A DNA stretch of 64,000 bases from Azolla caroliniana. Taxonomy: Eukaryota > Plantae > Polypodiophyta. Below are positions 45,601 to 58,200 of this stretch, piece after piece. The position numbers and the translations under genes were made by a program. Location of the stretch: positions 26,536,001-26,600,000 of the forward strand of contig JBHGNT010000002.1 in assembly GCA_043228905.1 (NCBI GenBank), read 5' to 3'. Positions within the stretch are counted from its first letter, which is position 1; each line of letters opens with the position of its first letter. Under the pieces are notes generated by a model. The model saw only the letters and a list, made by a program, of their open reading frames with translations. It was not told the origin of the DNA and did not search any database.

Positions 45601-47917
45601 TGCCGGATTCCCTTTCCACTCTCGCGTGGAGTTCTTTGAAGACGCACAACACTTGGTCCTTTGTCTTCAACGGTGCCGTCCCCAGCTTCCGGCTGTGATC
45701 ATCAATGAATGTTACGAAGTACTGGGCTCCGCCATGTGACTTCGTTTCTACCTGACACACATCGGTGTGCACCAACTCCAATGGTGCGCCACGTCTCGTC
45801 AGTGGCCTTGAGTGGAAGGAGGTTCGGTTTTGCTTACCGGCCAGGCAATCGGTGCACTTCTCCAGGTGCACACGCTTCACTGGAATAAGGTTGTCTTCTG
45901 CAAGCCTCTTCATCCCCTTCTCACTCATGTGGCACAGTCTCTTGTGCCACAGCTCACCGGCAGTGTCGGCTGCCACGTTCAACTCTTCCGGACACAACCG
46001 GGCATTCATAAGGTACAGTGTGTTGACTTTCCGGGCCCGAGCCACTATCAGGCTCCCCTTGCTGAACTTCATTACGCCGTTCCGGATGCTACCTGTGTAG
46101 CCTTCATCGTCTAGCCTCCCGGCCGAAATCAGGTTCAATCGAACCTCCGGAACGTGTCGGACATCCTTCAGCAGCATTTTGCATCCGGTCGAGGTTGTCA
46201 ACCACACGTCTCCTATGCCGGCAATCCGGCACGTACCTTCATTTCCCATCCGAACACAGCCATGCTCACCGACTGTGTAGGATGAGAAGTATCTTCTCTC
46301 CGGGGTCAGGTGGAACGATGCTCCGGAATCGACCACCCAGGTCGTCTCATCGCCGGCAATGTTTAGTTCACCTTCTTCGGTGATGAGCATGATTTCTTCC
46401 TCACTTGCCGCGAGTGCCGTCGTTCCTTTCCGGTCCTGCCCTCGCCGATCCGGACCTCTCCGGCCCGTGGCTCCCCGGTATGCACCGTTTCTCTCCGGTG
46501 ACTTCTTCGAATCGGTGTCGTCGGCTCCGTTGTCCTTTCGGTAATGCCGACAATTCTTCCGGAAGTGCCCCGGCTTCCCACAGTGGAAGCATGTGGGTCT
46601 TCCTCTTGACTGCGACCTGGTCCCCGACTTCTCCCGTCTTTGCGGACTCCGGTTCCATTGTCTTCCCCGTTCCGATTCGGTAAGCAGCGCCTTCGAGTCG
46701 GAGGCCGGTTCTTTATCTCTCCGACGCGCTTCTTCGTTCAAAATACTTGTCTTTACCGTTTGTAGGGACAAGTTATCTTCCGTGCAGGAGGTGCTGAGAG
46801 TCACCACCAAGTTCTCCCAGCTTTCCGGCAATGTACACATCAGAATGATGGGTTGCATTGCATCCTCCAGCGGGAACTTGATCGCCGCAAGCTGGTTCAC
46901 GAATCCCATGAACGTGCTTACGTGTTCCACCATACTCTCGCCGTCCCGGTACTTGAGGTTCACTATCTTCCTCATCAGGGAGGTCCGGTTCAACGCATTC
47001 TTCCTCTCGTAGAGGCCCGACAGCTTCCGCCACATCTCATATGCGTTGATGTCGTTCGCCACATGTTGTAGAACGCTCACGTCGACGTATTGCCGAATGG
47101 TTGCAACGGCTTTCCGGTTCAGAAGCCTCCATTCCGACTCAAGTACCCCCTTCGGTATTTCCGACCTGTCAATCGGTTCGTACAGGTCCCGAACAATCAG
47201 AAGATCCTCCATCTTGATCTTCCAGTCGGCGTAATTCTGCGCATTCAGCACCATCATCCCCGGCTGCCCGCTGCTGCCGCCTTCCATTTTCTGCACTGCC
47301 GTCGCTCTGATACCACTTTGTCGAGAATCAACGCTCCGATTCACCTTCACCGCTCGGCCACAACCGAGAAATCACGAATCAATGCAGCAGAAAATAGGAA
47401 ACACAGAGAAAGACACGATAACACAGGGATTAACGTGGAAAACCCTATACGGGAAAAACCACGGGAGTGCAAGACTCCAAACCAAAACTATGCACAGAGA
47501 AATATACAATGGCGAGCTGCAAGGCGACGACCTTGAGCTCGCTATCCTCGCCACAGGCGGCGGTATTACACAGAGGCGTCGACCTCTCCCTCTCTCACGC
47601 TCTATCTCTCTCACGGCTGCTCTCTCTTCACTCCTCTTGAGTGGAAAAACAGAAAAATGAGTAGCAACATAAAACTGTTTGCCCTAAGTCATATTTATAC
47701 ACATATGACTTAGGGCTATTTACAACTATAGCCTCAAGGGCCCTTGGCAAACATATTCACAGATATGTCCCCGCATCTGGATCTCTCTCCGGGTACATTC
47801 GTCATCCGGCTCCGAAGTCGGGGTCTTCATCATCCGGTTCCGAAACCGCAACCGGGCTTGTCGTCATTCATCTCCGACATCCGACCATCCCATCCGAAAG
47901 GGACCGTAATCCCAACA
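42604..47917 (-). mobile_element. Copia K (Tnt1-like), recent, inserted in the integrase of G
   Basis: TSD GATCG (42599-42603, 47918-47922). 599-bp LTRs at 42604-43202 and 47319-47917 with two mismatches seen; PBS-Met 47304-47315; PPT 43205-43214. Confidence 0.95.
43213..47287 (-). pseudogene. gag-pol: K gag-pol with a single +1 frameshift
   Basis: Two overlapping ORFs nearly identical to C. The C6 run at 45553-45558 has only five bases in C; could be real or a homopolymer sequencing error. Confidence 0.9.
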
Positions 47918-50900
47918 GATCGGTCCGTGTCCGCGATCCACCTTCCCATTCGCCTCCGGATTGTACGCAGTGGTAAGCGAGAGCTTGACTCCTAGCCGGT
48001 CGAACAGCTCTTCGGCCTCTTCGGCGTCCAACTCCCCGTGATCAGCCACGATCTTCCCGACGCACCCGTACCGGCATATCACGTCCTCGATCAGGAACCG
48101 ACATACGACCGCGGTCGTTTTATTCTGAAGGGCTCGGCCTTCCACCTGGTTCGTCAGATCTTCTCGAGCCAAGACCAGATACCGCATCTGTCCTACTCCC
48201 ATCGGCATCGTCACCAGATCTACCATCAATTTGAAGTGGATGGTCGGAGGGTACGTAGGGTGAAGCCCGTCCCGATGTCGGACTATGGAGTGCATCTGAC
48301 AGCTCTCGCAAGTTGTCACGAACCGATGCACGTCCCGGTACAGTCCCTGCCACCAGTACTTCCGCTTTATCTTCTCGAACGTGGCCCACGTTCCACGGTG
48401 TCCAGCCCAAGGGCTATCGTGGTAGGCCATCAGCAGCTCCTCTTGTTCTTCCTTCATCGCCACCACTTGGAGCGGGACACCGTTCCTCTTCTTCGGGTGC
48501 TTCCATAAGTATCCGTCCCGGAGAAAGAATCGGTATGCTTTCTTCCGGATCCGGTTGGTCTCGTCTCTCGTCCATGATGCATCCGGCGTCATTGTCCTCA
48601 AGAAACCACCGATCTGCAACCACTCGCCGTCGTACTTGCTCTCGTCGAAGCCGTTAAGTGCCGGTGCACTCGTCCCATCGGTCGTCATGTACGCTGCTCC
48701 GAAGAAGTCCACGCCGACTTCTTCGTCCTCCGAAACCATGCCGCCCTCGTCATCAAACCTCGCCCTCGAAAGCATGTCGGCCATGGCGTTGTCTTTTCCG
48801 GAAATGTGTCGTATTTCCTGGTCCAGGGACTTGATGTACGCTATCCACCTGAGCATCGCCAGGTCCGGTGTCGCGCATCCGGAAACCATGCCGAGAATTG
48901 GCAGGCAATCCGTCTCGATAATCACTTCTGTCCCGATCAGGTAGTCTTTGTCGGCCTTCACTGCCGAAACGATACCCTAGAGTTCGCGTTTAACCTGGGC
49001 GTACCCTCGCTGTCGCTCACTGAGGACCTTTGCGCCGAATCGGATCGGGAACCGAATGCCGTCCTCGTTTTCTTGGTTGACGACCCATCCGATCCCGGTC
49101 GGACTCGTATCCACCGTTATGTATACCGGGGTACCCTTATCGTAGATAGCCTTCCGGAGCGCCGGTGCTGCCGCAAGAGCTTCCTTTAGCTTCTGGACCG
49201 ACTCCGTGTGCTCGTCCCGCCACTCGAATTTTCGCCCCTTCTTCAGCAACCCGTATAGCGGTTCCGCAACGTGGGCGTAATGCGGGATCCATATGTGGTA
49301 GAATGCGCATGCCCCCAGGAACCTCCGAACTTCCGTAACCGAGCTACAGTCGGTTTTCATCGCGGAGATGGCTTCTACCTTTGCCGGAGACGGCTTCCGG
49401 CCATATGGTCCACATAGGTGTCCGACCACCAGGATTTCTGATTGCTCGAAGGCCGATTTCTCCCCGGAGAAGGTGAGCCTCGCATCCTCTAGCCTTTGTA
49501 GCACCTTCTCGCAGTCGTCGATGTGTGTTGCCACGAATCGCCGGCACCCGTCCGACCCGAGTGTCACGTCCTTCTCTTCCACCGGGCACCCCTTGATCGG
49601 GATGTCGTCTAGAAATGGCATGGTGATGTCCGGGATGCAATCCCTCAGTACCTTGTTCATTGCATTCACCATGTGGGCCACCGAGTTGGTTCCTCCTTGT
49701 GGCAGGGTACACATTCGCACTAGGCCGAGGGGAGTTCGCATCGTCGTAATGTCTCTGCTCTCTACGGCTAGCTGGAACTGGTCGTACCCCGAGTACAGAT
49801 CACCGACCGAGTAAATCGACCTTCCGGCGAAGGCCTCCGCGAACTCGTCTATGGTCGGTCCGATTCCGGCGTTCCGAATGGTCACTCTGTTGACCGGCTG
49901 CAGGTCTTGAATGAAGCGCAATGTTCCGTTTTTCTTTGGTACGGTAAACCATCGGTTCGAGTATGGGGCACTTGACGGTTCGAGAATGCCCATATCGACT
50001 TTTTGCCTCAATAGCTCCATCAACTTCGGGATGTGAGCTCTCGGTACCGGAATCGGCTTGAGATTCCACGGCACATGCGGTACCGTGAATATCACCATCG
50101 GCTCCACGATTGTCGGGTCTACGCACCCGATCTCTTCCGGTGAGAATGCGAAGGCTTTCCTGTGTCTTCCGAGCATTCTCCGAAACCGGTCTTCCTCCGC
50201 CGGTAGTAAGAACCCGCCCCCACCGATTTTGAGCTCTCGGAGCGTCCCGTCGGTGAAGGTGTGTCCTATGCAGACCGGATCTCGTAAACTGGGGTCCGAC
50301 GCAACCCCTCTGATTCGGGACTCGCTGCCCTCCGGTAAGGGTGCCGCGACTGACCTTACCTTCCGGTCCACAGTCTTGTACTTCGTGCTAACCTGGGCCG
50401 TCTGATCCGACCCGAGCCCCTGACTGAAGTTCGCGATGACTTCGTACATCTCTTCGGAACATACCGGTATCGTCCGGTCTTCGTTAAGGTCTTCTCCGGT
50501 TACCTCCCTCAGCATTCCCAAGGTGTCGTCGAAGGAGACCGCCTCCACGGCTCCGCTGATTTCCTCGTCCGGGCCAAGAACTCCGCACGCTCGAAGTCGC
50601 TCCTCCGCCCTTGCCTTTTCTCGGCCAACAATGCCGACCATCACACACCCTCCGTCGTTGGAGAAGCAAAATTTCCTAACTATCGTACAAGGTTTCTTCG
50701 GTTTCGGTTCTATCGTACAGTTGTGGGATCTTTCCCGAGTGTCCGGACTGCCTCGGCCCCACGCCTTGGCAGCCCTCTCTAAAAATCCTCCTGGTTCTCG
50801 CCACCGAGGGATTCGCGGTTTCGCTCGTGGTTCAGCCACACCGTCAGAAATTGGACCGAATGGCGCCCGTCCTGGCTTTTGACCCTCGCGTAGGCCGAAC

Positions 50901-53900
50901 CGTTGTCCAGCACCTTGGTCTCCATTCGCGCCGCCGTGATGTATGGTTCCCCTAATATGACCGGGTGCGAGGACGTCTCCTGTACGAAGAAGTGCTGGTC
51001 AATCTCGACGTCGCCGATCTTGACTCGCACGTTCGGCTAAGCCCCGTGCAGTTCCTCGGTGGCGCGCGTCGCCGCCCGTATCTTCCACCCGTGCTTGGTG
51101 TTGATCGGCCACTTTCCCTTCTTATAGAAGTCCATGGACATCAGGTTTATTTCCGAACCGTGGTCCACCAATGCCACCACTGGTTCCTGAACATCTGCGA
51201 TCTTTACCGGGGTCTCCGTGGTTGCTCGAGCCCAGTGTGGCCTCGAATAGTGGCTCTCCGCCCACTAATCTTCTAGCGCCAAGTCGTCGATGTGCGTCGT
51301 CCGCACCTCCACCGGTCTTTCCGGTTCCGTCTCCGTCGACAGCCTCTTCCGCTTCACCAAGTCCACAATGGAGTCGTGGAACTCCTTCTTAGCGATCCCT
51401 AGCACCTCCTGCAATGACAACTCCACCTTGCTGTCGAGGATCCGTTCTTCTAGGACCTTTCGTAGGTCCGTGGTCCTTTCTATTTCCGTCCCCAGTCGGT
51501 ATCCGCCCTTCCTGGGGTTATCTTGCGCGCTGGACCCACCGGCATCGTTCCGTCGTTGCCCGAATCGGGTCTCGTATTGTTGTGAGGACCAGGCCGCTCC
51601 GGCTTTCCCCACTCGTTTGTCTTCTACCAGAGCCTCGTAGTTCCGGCAGGTGGCTTCTACGAAGCGCGTCTTCTCCTCGACCGGGTCGCTCCAGCCGGTT
51701 ATTTCCCGGACCCGTCTCTCAGCGCGGTCCGCTTCATCTTTCCTCAACCGTGCGCCGGCGAGGCCTTCCAGCATTGCCGACCAGAATCCGTCTTTGCTCT
51801 CCTTCCGGGCTTCGCTGCCCCCGACCCGAATACCGGCCGACGCCGAGTAGTGGATGGCCTCCACGTGTCGGGCCGCTCCCTCTTCCATTAGTCTCTTCAT
51901 ACCTCCTCGCTTGTCGTTCCGGTTTAGGGCCCTTCTGGTATCGCCGACGTGCACCCGACCTTCCCACAGGTACACCACCTGGTTCCTCAACGCCTCTGCG
52001 AAATCGCCGCAGTCCTTCCGAATGTGGCCGACCTCGTTGCACCACATGCACTTGTTCCTTGCTGCCGGCCGTTGGTCACGAGCCAGTTTGCCGCCTTCCC
52101 TTCGAGTCTGGGTGATCTGGAGATCCTTTATCGCCCGCCTCAACTTCTCCAGCGCTGCTCCTCCGGACGAGCCATTGACCATGCTGGTCGAAGCCGAACC
52201 GGTTTCGAGCCACTCCCGGGTCTCTTCCCTTCGCCCTTGCGATGCCGGTTCAAGCCTCCTTGCTGTGATAGAGCCCGCACCGGCCGCCCCGTTATCAGCC
52301 CATTCTCGCCGTTTGTCGAAACGGCCACAGACTCTCTTAACCGCAGCCCAGTCGGTCGTCAGCCCGTCTTCGGTTTCCAACAAGGAGCCGACTTGATCCC
52401 GGTCCCGCTCGTCCACCGACTTGACGAACAGTAGGACCCGGCTCGTATCCAGAATGGTTCGGTCAAGCGCCGAAAGGCGCGGAAAGCGTTCTTCAAACTC
52501 CCGGAGGAGTGCTGACGCGATTCTTCCCTTGCCGAGGGACTCCACCCATTCCATGAAGTCCCGTTTCGAAAGCGGGAGCGCGTCGTCCAGCCCGTATTTT
52601 TCTAGTAGTCGGCCTTCGAACTCCTCCCAAGTACGGCTCTCCGCCTGTACCTCGAGCACCTCCGCATGGATGCTCGGCATCACCACTCGAGGGAATCCGG
52701 CAAGACGCCTCTCTTCCGGAATGTCCCGCATCAGCATTTCTGCCCCATAGGACGCCAAATACTTCGTGGCATCCTTTCCGCTGAACCGGCCGATCGTACT
52801 TACGACCGCCTCAATGGCTCTGTCGAGGGCGCCGGTGCCCTCGCGTGCGCTCAATATCCAATCCACGGCCGAAGCCATGGCCTCTACAAGATCCGACCCC
52901 CTCATCTTCTGCTCTTCTGCCGCCTCTTTCACGTCGGGTTCACCAAGATGTGGAGGTATTCCTCGCGGATGCGTGGAATGAGGTGGGACCTCGGGGGTCT
53001 TGTATCGAAGAGCAAGAGAGAAAGGAGAAGGGAAGGGACCCACTACGTGCGAGCGTAGATCCACAGGGACACGGCCCTTCGACACGAAGACGCAAGCGGG
53101 GAAACCAACACAGAGAGGCACGAAGGTATGTATGTATATATTAACAGAGACAAACAACAAGAAGCACGAAGTCGGTTACAACCGAACAGGCCGGCGAACA
53201 TATGCCGATGCCTGTTCGCAACGCTCAGAAAGAAAAGAGTAGGTTGGAGGTGCTGCCGGAAGCACTCGGGCATTCCTCAGAGCAGCGCGAGCCTCCCCGA
53301 AAACCTGCACAGAAAGAAGCTACGGAGTATGGAAGAGAGAGAAGCCTTCGGCCCACAACCCGACAGCACTTCGTCCTCTCTATCAGCGATCCGTTCCTCC
53401 TCCTCGTTTCCCCCTTTTTGTAGGCAAGAAAGGAGCCGTTTCCCATTAACTCCCTTCCTACCGAATCTACCTACCTTGGATCTTCTATGTTCCTAATTCT
53501 CTCTTATGTACAACATAAGGCGTACGTGCACGAAGAGCCGGTTCCTACGCTCCGGTGCACCGATTCCACTGGTGGACGGTTTTCTTCGCGACAACGTGAA
53601 GATAAAACAAGAAGCTTATATTAATTCTCCGTTAAAGTTTTACATTGTAACCGGGCCTTTATATAGGTCACCGGTGCTGCGTACAAAACGGTGGCAACCA
53701 GCACCTGTTCGGAACCGGTCCGGATCCGAATCGGCATACCGATTCCGGTCCGTCCGTTCACTACTTAATTATAATCTATTCTACTTAATTAAAATAGATT
53801 CCGAATAGTAATCCCTTTCACATTCTAGTCTTTAACTCCTTTGCCGGCCGAGTAACGGTGCAAACCCGTGGCTACCCCTCTCGACTGAAATCTCAAGCTC

Positions 53901-55075
53901 GATGTCGATTCGGGCACAACCGAGTGCGATCCGACTTAGTATCGACTATTGATCGGCAACCTAATTTATCTAACCATCACATGACCTGATCTCAGCTTTT
54001 TTGTCGGCTTTCTTAGCCAATTCATGCAGAACCCACGAAATGATCATCTCGTTAAGAGGATACTTTGGTATGTCAGTACGACGATGGATTATGGCATCAT
54101 GTATAATTCGAATATGCTTATTCGACTGAAAGGGTACACAAGCACAGACTGGGCCGGTTATAAGGCCGACTGACGATCCACTTCCGGATTTGTCTTCTCA
54201 CTCGACAACGGAGCGATCTCCTGGAGCATCAAGAAATAGCCAACAGTCACACTATCAAACACGGAGGCCGAATACAGGGGTGCGATAGTCGCCACATGCG
54301 AAGCTGTTTGGCTCAAATGCATCTTGAAGGACTTGGGCGTTCCCATTATGGATCCAATTCGCCTCTTCTGTGACAACATGAGTATCATCTACCTCGCTCG
54401 GAACCCCGTATTCCACTCGAGGACTAAACACATGGAACTGCACTACCACTTCATTCGCGAGCGCGTTCAGGTCGGCGAAATCGATCTCCAACACATCAGT
54501 ACGAACCTTCAAATTGCTAACATCTTTATGAAGGCCTTGCGAGTCGACAAGCTCGGGCAATTCACATCAGACCTTGGTCTCACAATCTCTACATTGTAGA
54601 GCTTGAGGGGGAGTACATCAGTCGACACAGAAGCAACTGATAAGCGGCCGACATGGAAGTAGCCGATTAGTTGATCGAAACCAACCAGACTAGTCAAAGC
54701 ATGATGGCATGAAGCCGAAAACCTGAACAACCCAGTTCGAGAATTACGAAAGCCAGAAGCCCGACCTCGAAGACTGAACCGAAACAACTTTTCGACAGAT
54801 GGAAGTTGTGTTCGAAGGGGCGTTTTGAGAGTCGAACTCAACTTCCCATAGAGATAGGTTTCACACTAGGGCACACTAGCCCATGGACATACCATGCTAG
54901 TTTTGTAAATAGTTGAAAGGGCACTTGCCCTAGCCTACTTGGTACTTAAACCAACCTTTTTGTAACTTAGTAATTGTTGGATGTAATATACAATTTCTTA
55001 TTATAGTTCTCTCTCTCTCTCTCTAATTCTCTCTCTTGTCTCACATGCGCGCGCACGCGCACGCGCACACACACA

Positions 55076-55218
55076 TATTGAAGTAGTCGAGGACACACCT
55101 AATATAGTCGGATTGGGACAGAAACAATTGTCTTTGATTTTGATTTCGACTAATCTTCATGCTAAGAATGTGTCTTGCCGGACTGAGGTCCTTCATGGAA
55201 AACTTCAACTGCAGTTGC
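55076..55218 (-). pseudogene. RT fragment of the B family, probably the continuation of Z
   Basis: 'KFSMKDLSPARHILSMKISRNQNQRQLFLSQSDYI' matches B 'KFAMKDLGPARHILGMKISRHRDKRHLFLSQTDYI'; same strand as the Z fragment at 7933-8610. Confidence 0.75.
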
Positions 55219-58200
55219 GAAAACCGGCTAGAAGCGGAATCGGCGAAGCAGGGCGCATGAACCGGCCCTACACTTTTCCACACCAATTAATACCTTGTAC
55301 ATAACTAGGAGTAGGACGATGGATGTGATGCATTGAATGTGTAGGAAATCAAAGAGTATCTCTGTCCGAAAGGATAGAGAATAAATTGATGAAAACGAGG
55401 GTGCAACGGCCTGCCTCGACAACCTATAAAAGGGAAGGAAGAAGGCGGATGAAGGGATTGCATTTTAGGAGCAAGGAGGAAGCGTTGTTGGACTGGGACC
55501 GAGCTCTCTCCTCCATCGTTCGTCATTCTCTGCAGGATATCAAACTGAGTTGCCTCTGCTTCATGGACAACCCGTGTGCTTCCGGTAGAGGCTCCACAAT
55601 GCAGTCGGGTTGTGTGTGTGCATGAGCACCATGTGCGTGTGTGTGTGTTAGGCTGAGTTGGGCCTGTTGCCGGCTTGCCGGTTGTAATTGTTATTGATTT
55701 TGTAATTAAGACTTTGTTCTCTCTCTCTTCCTCCCTCGGGGTTCCTGCAAGCTGTGCTCTCTCTCTCTCTCTCTTCTTCCTCACGCTCCTTGGTTTAAGG
55801 CCCCTGCGGTCCCGCCTCTTTCCACACGCGAAGAGCGTAACAACTCGACATATTTGGTGAACCCGATGTGAAACAAGCGGCAAAGGAGTGAAGGTTGAGG
55901 GGATTCGAGCTTGCTGAAGCTATGGCCGTAGCCGTCAACCGGCTAGTGAGTGGTCGCAAGGGAATGGGTGCCCTCGACAGGGCCATTGAGTCGATCGTCG
56001 GCACCATAGGTCGATTCGATGGGAAGAATGGCACGGGCTACTTGGAGGCCTACCGAGCCGAAATGATCATGAGGGATATCTCGGTGGACAGGTGGCTGTC
56101 TGGATTCCCTTGAGTGGTGACGCCGAGCATCCACGCAGAGGTGCTCAAGGTGTTGGCCGGATGCCAGACTTGGGAGGAGTTCGAGTTGCGGCTCCTCGAG
56201 ATTTATGGGTTCGATGACTCGCTTCAGCTGTTGAAGCAAGACTTCATGGCGTGGGTTGAGAGCCCTGGAAAGGAGAGGAACACGTTGGCGCTCCTCCAGG
56301 AGTTCGAAAAACGGTTTGCACAGCTGTCAACGCTGGACCGGACCGTACTCGACACAAGCCGGGTATTACTATTCGTCAAGTCGGTGGACACCATGGACCG
56401 GGAGAAGGTGGGTCTCCTATTGGAAACGGATGAAGGGCTCACGACAGACTGGGCCATGGTAAGGAGGGTCTGCGGTCGTTTCGACAAGCGACACGATTGG
56501 AGCGACGAGGGCTCGCTAGCAACAAAGCCGGTCCCGGTGAGGGAGCTTGAGGAGCCGGTGTCGGTACCGGCTAGGAAGGAAGTGACAAGAATTACATGCT
56601 CCGATGAACACCGCTCGGCCACAACTGAGCTTAGAATCATACACAGAAAACGGGAAATGAAACACACGCCTCAAAGGAGAGAAGAGTACACAGGATGTTT
56701 AACGTGGAAAACCCTGAGAGGGAAAAACCACGGGAGTCCACAAACTCCAAACTATCAGTATATAAGAATGTACAATGGTGGAGCACCGAGGCAACGACCT
56801 CGAGCTTGCTATCTTCGCCACAGTCGGCGGTTACAACAGAGATACGAAACCTTCGTCTCTTTCTCTCTCTCTCTCTCTCACTTTGTACACTGTTACGCGC
56901 TCTCTCTTCTTGCACCAACAAGAATGACAACAACTCTTATAATAAGTTTGCCCTAAGTCATATTTATACTAATATGACTTTTCGGCTATTTACAAATATA
57001 GCCTCGATGGACTCTCAAAAACATATTTACGAATATGTCTCTTCATCCGGTGAGCACTCCTCACCGGGCCTGCATCATCCGGCGCTTGCCGGGTACTTGC
57101 CATCTGGTTCTCACCGGGTCTTCCGTTTCCGGGTACTCCTCATCCGGTTCTCACCGGGTCTGCACCATCCGATTCTCCGTAGCCGAGTTTGCTCATTAGC
57201 ACTGTTCTTCTCCCTTCCCATCCCGAGGGACCTGTCTCCCAACAAACTCCCCCTTCACTCTGGCATGGGGTGTCTTACTAGTCCGATCCGCTTCCGGCAT
57301 GCATCCAGCTTGTCGGGTATCAGTACTTTGGTCAGCATATCTGACCCGTTCTCGGCAGTGTGGATCTTCGTTAGCGCGAACTCCTGGTCATTTACTCTTT
57401 CCCGGATCCAATGATACCTTCGCTGGATATGCTTCGTCCGGGAATGGTAGGCCGCATTCTTAGCAAGGTGGATGGCACTTTGACTGTCGCAATAGAGCCG
57501 GTATTCATCTTGCTGGATATCGAGCTCTCCGATGAAGTCCTTCATCCATAATATTTCCTTGCCGGCTTCCACAATTGCCATGTACTCTGCCGTACTCCGC
57601 CTTCGTAGTTGACAACACAACCGTCTTCTGCAGCCTCGACTGCCACGAAACAGCTCCCCCTGCTTATGTCATTACATACTCGGATGTAGACCGACTGGTA
57701 TCCACATCAGCCGACATGTCTGAATCGGTAAAACCGTCAAGTTGAGGTTTTCCGGAGCCGAATCGGAGACACATGTTCGAAGTGCCCTTCAAGTACCGGA
57801 GTATCCATTTGACTGCGTTCCAGTGCTCCTTGCCAGGATTGCTCATAAACCAGCTCACCACTCCGACTGCGTATCCTATATCCGGTCGGGTACACACCAT
57901 TGCGTACATTAAGCTCTTGACGGCAGAGGCATATGGAACCTTTATCATATCAGCCTTCTCTGCTTTCGTCTTCAGGCTTTGCTTACCGGATAACCTGCAG
58001 TTTGCCGGAAGTGTCGATCCGATCGGTTTCGCTTCTAACATGGTAAACCGCTGAAGCACCTTTGTCACGTATTTCTCCTGTGACAGCCACAGTTGCTTCG
58101 TTGGCCGGTTCCGGATGATATGCATCCCCAACATCTGTCTTGCGGGACCCAAGTTTTTCATCGCGAAGGTTCGGTTGAGAGCCTTCTTCAACATCCGTAT

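Larger units (their letters stand above)
41248..53593 (-). mobile_element. Gypsy G (same clade as D), older, inserted in the 5' LTR of F
   Basis: 645-bp LTRs at 41248-41892 and 52949-53593; 4-bp TSD ATGT/ACGT; Trp PBS. Gag ~50779-52905; pol 41966-42603 plus 47923-50788, with stops. Confidence 0.92.
31899..53857 (-). mobile_element. Gypsy F (Athila/Tat-like non-chromovirus) with extra 3' ORF, decayed
   Basis: TSD GTGCA (31894-31898, 53858-53862). LTRs at 31899-32348 and 41058-41247 plus 53598-53857 (split by G). Gag start at 41002; RH/IN remnants 35573-36810. Confidence 0.9.
8696..55075 (+). mobile_element. Copia A, decayed; host of most of the nest
   Basis: 5' LTR ~8696-9180 (left end lost) and PBS TGGTATCAGAGC at 9181. 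Gag starts 'MNTQMGITLPTEKLDRTNF'. Coding pieces at 9318-9916, 28191-29149, 29556-29960, 31583-31898 and 53863-54599. PPT GAGGGGGAG at 54605-54613; 3' LTR 54614-~55075 (right end lost) matches the 5' LTR. Confidence 0.85.

Noticed and set aside
52906-53160. N-terminal extension of G Gag starting inside the LTR
   Set aside because: Non-ATG start and not shared with D, whose LTR differs; the ATG at MRGSD is more plausible.
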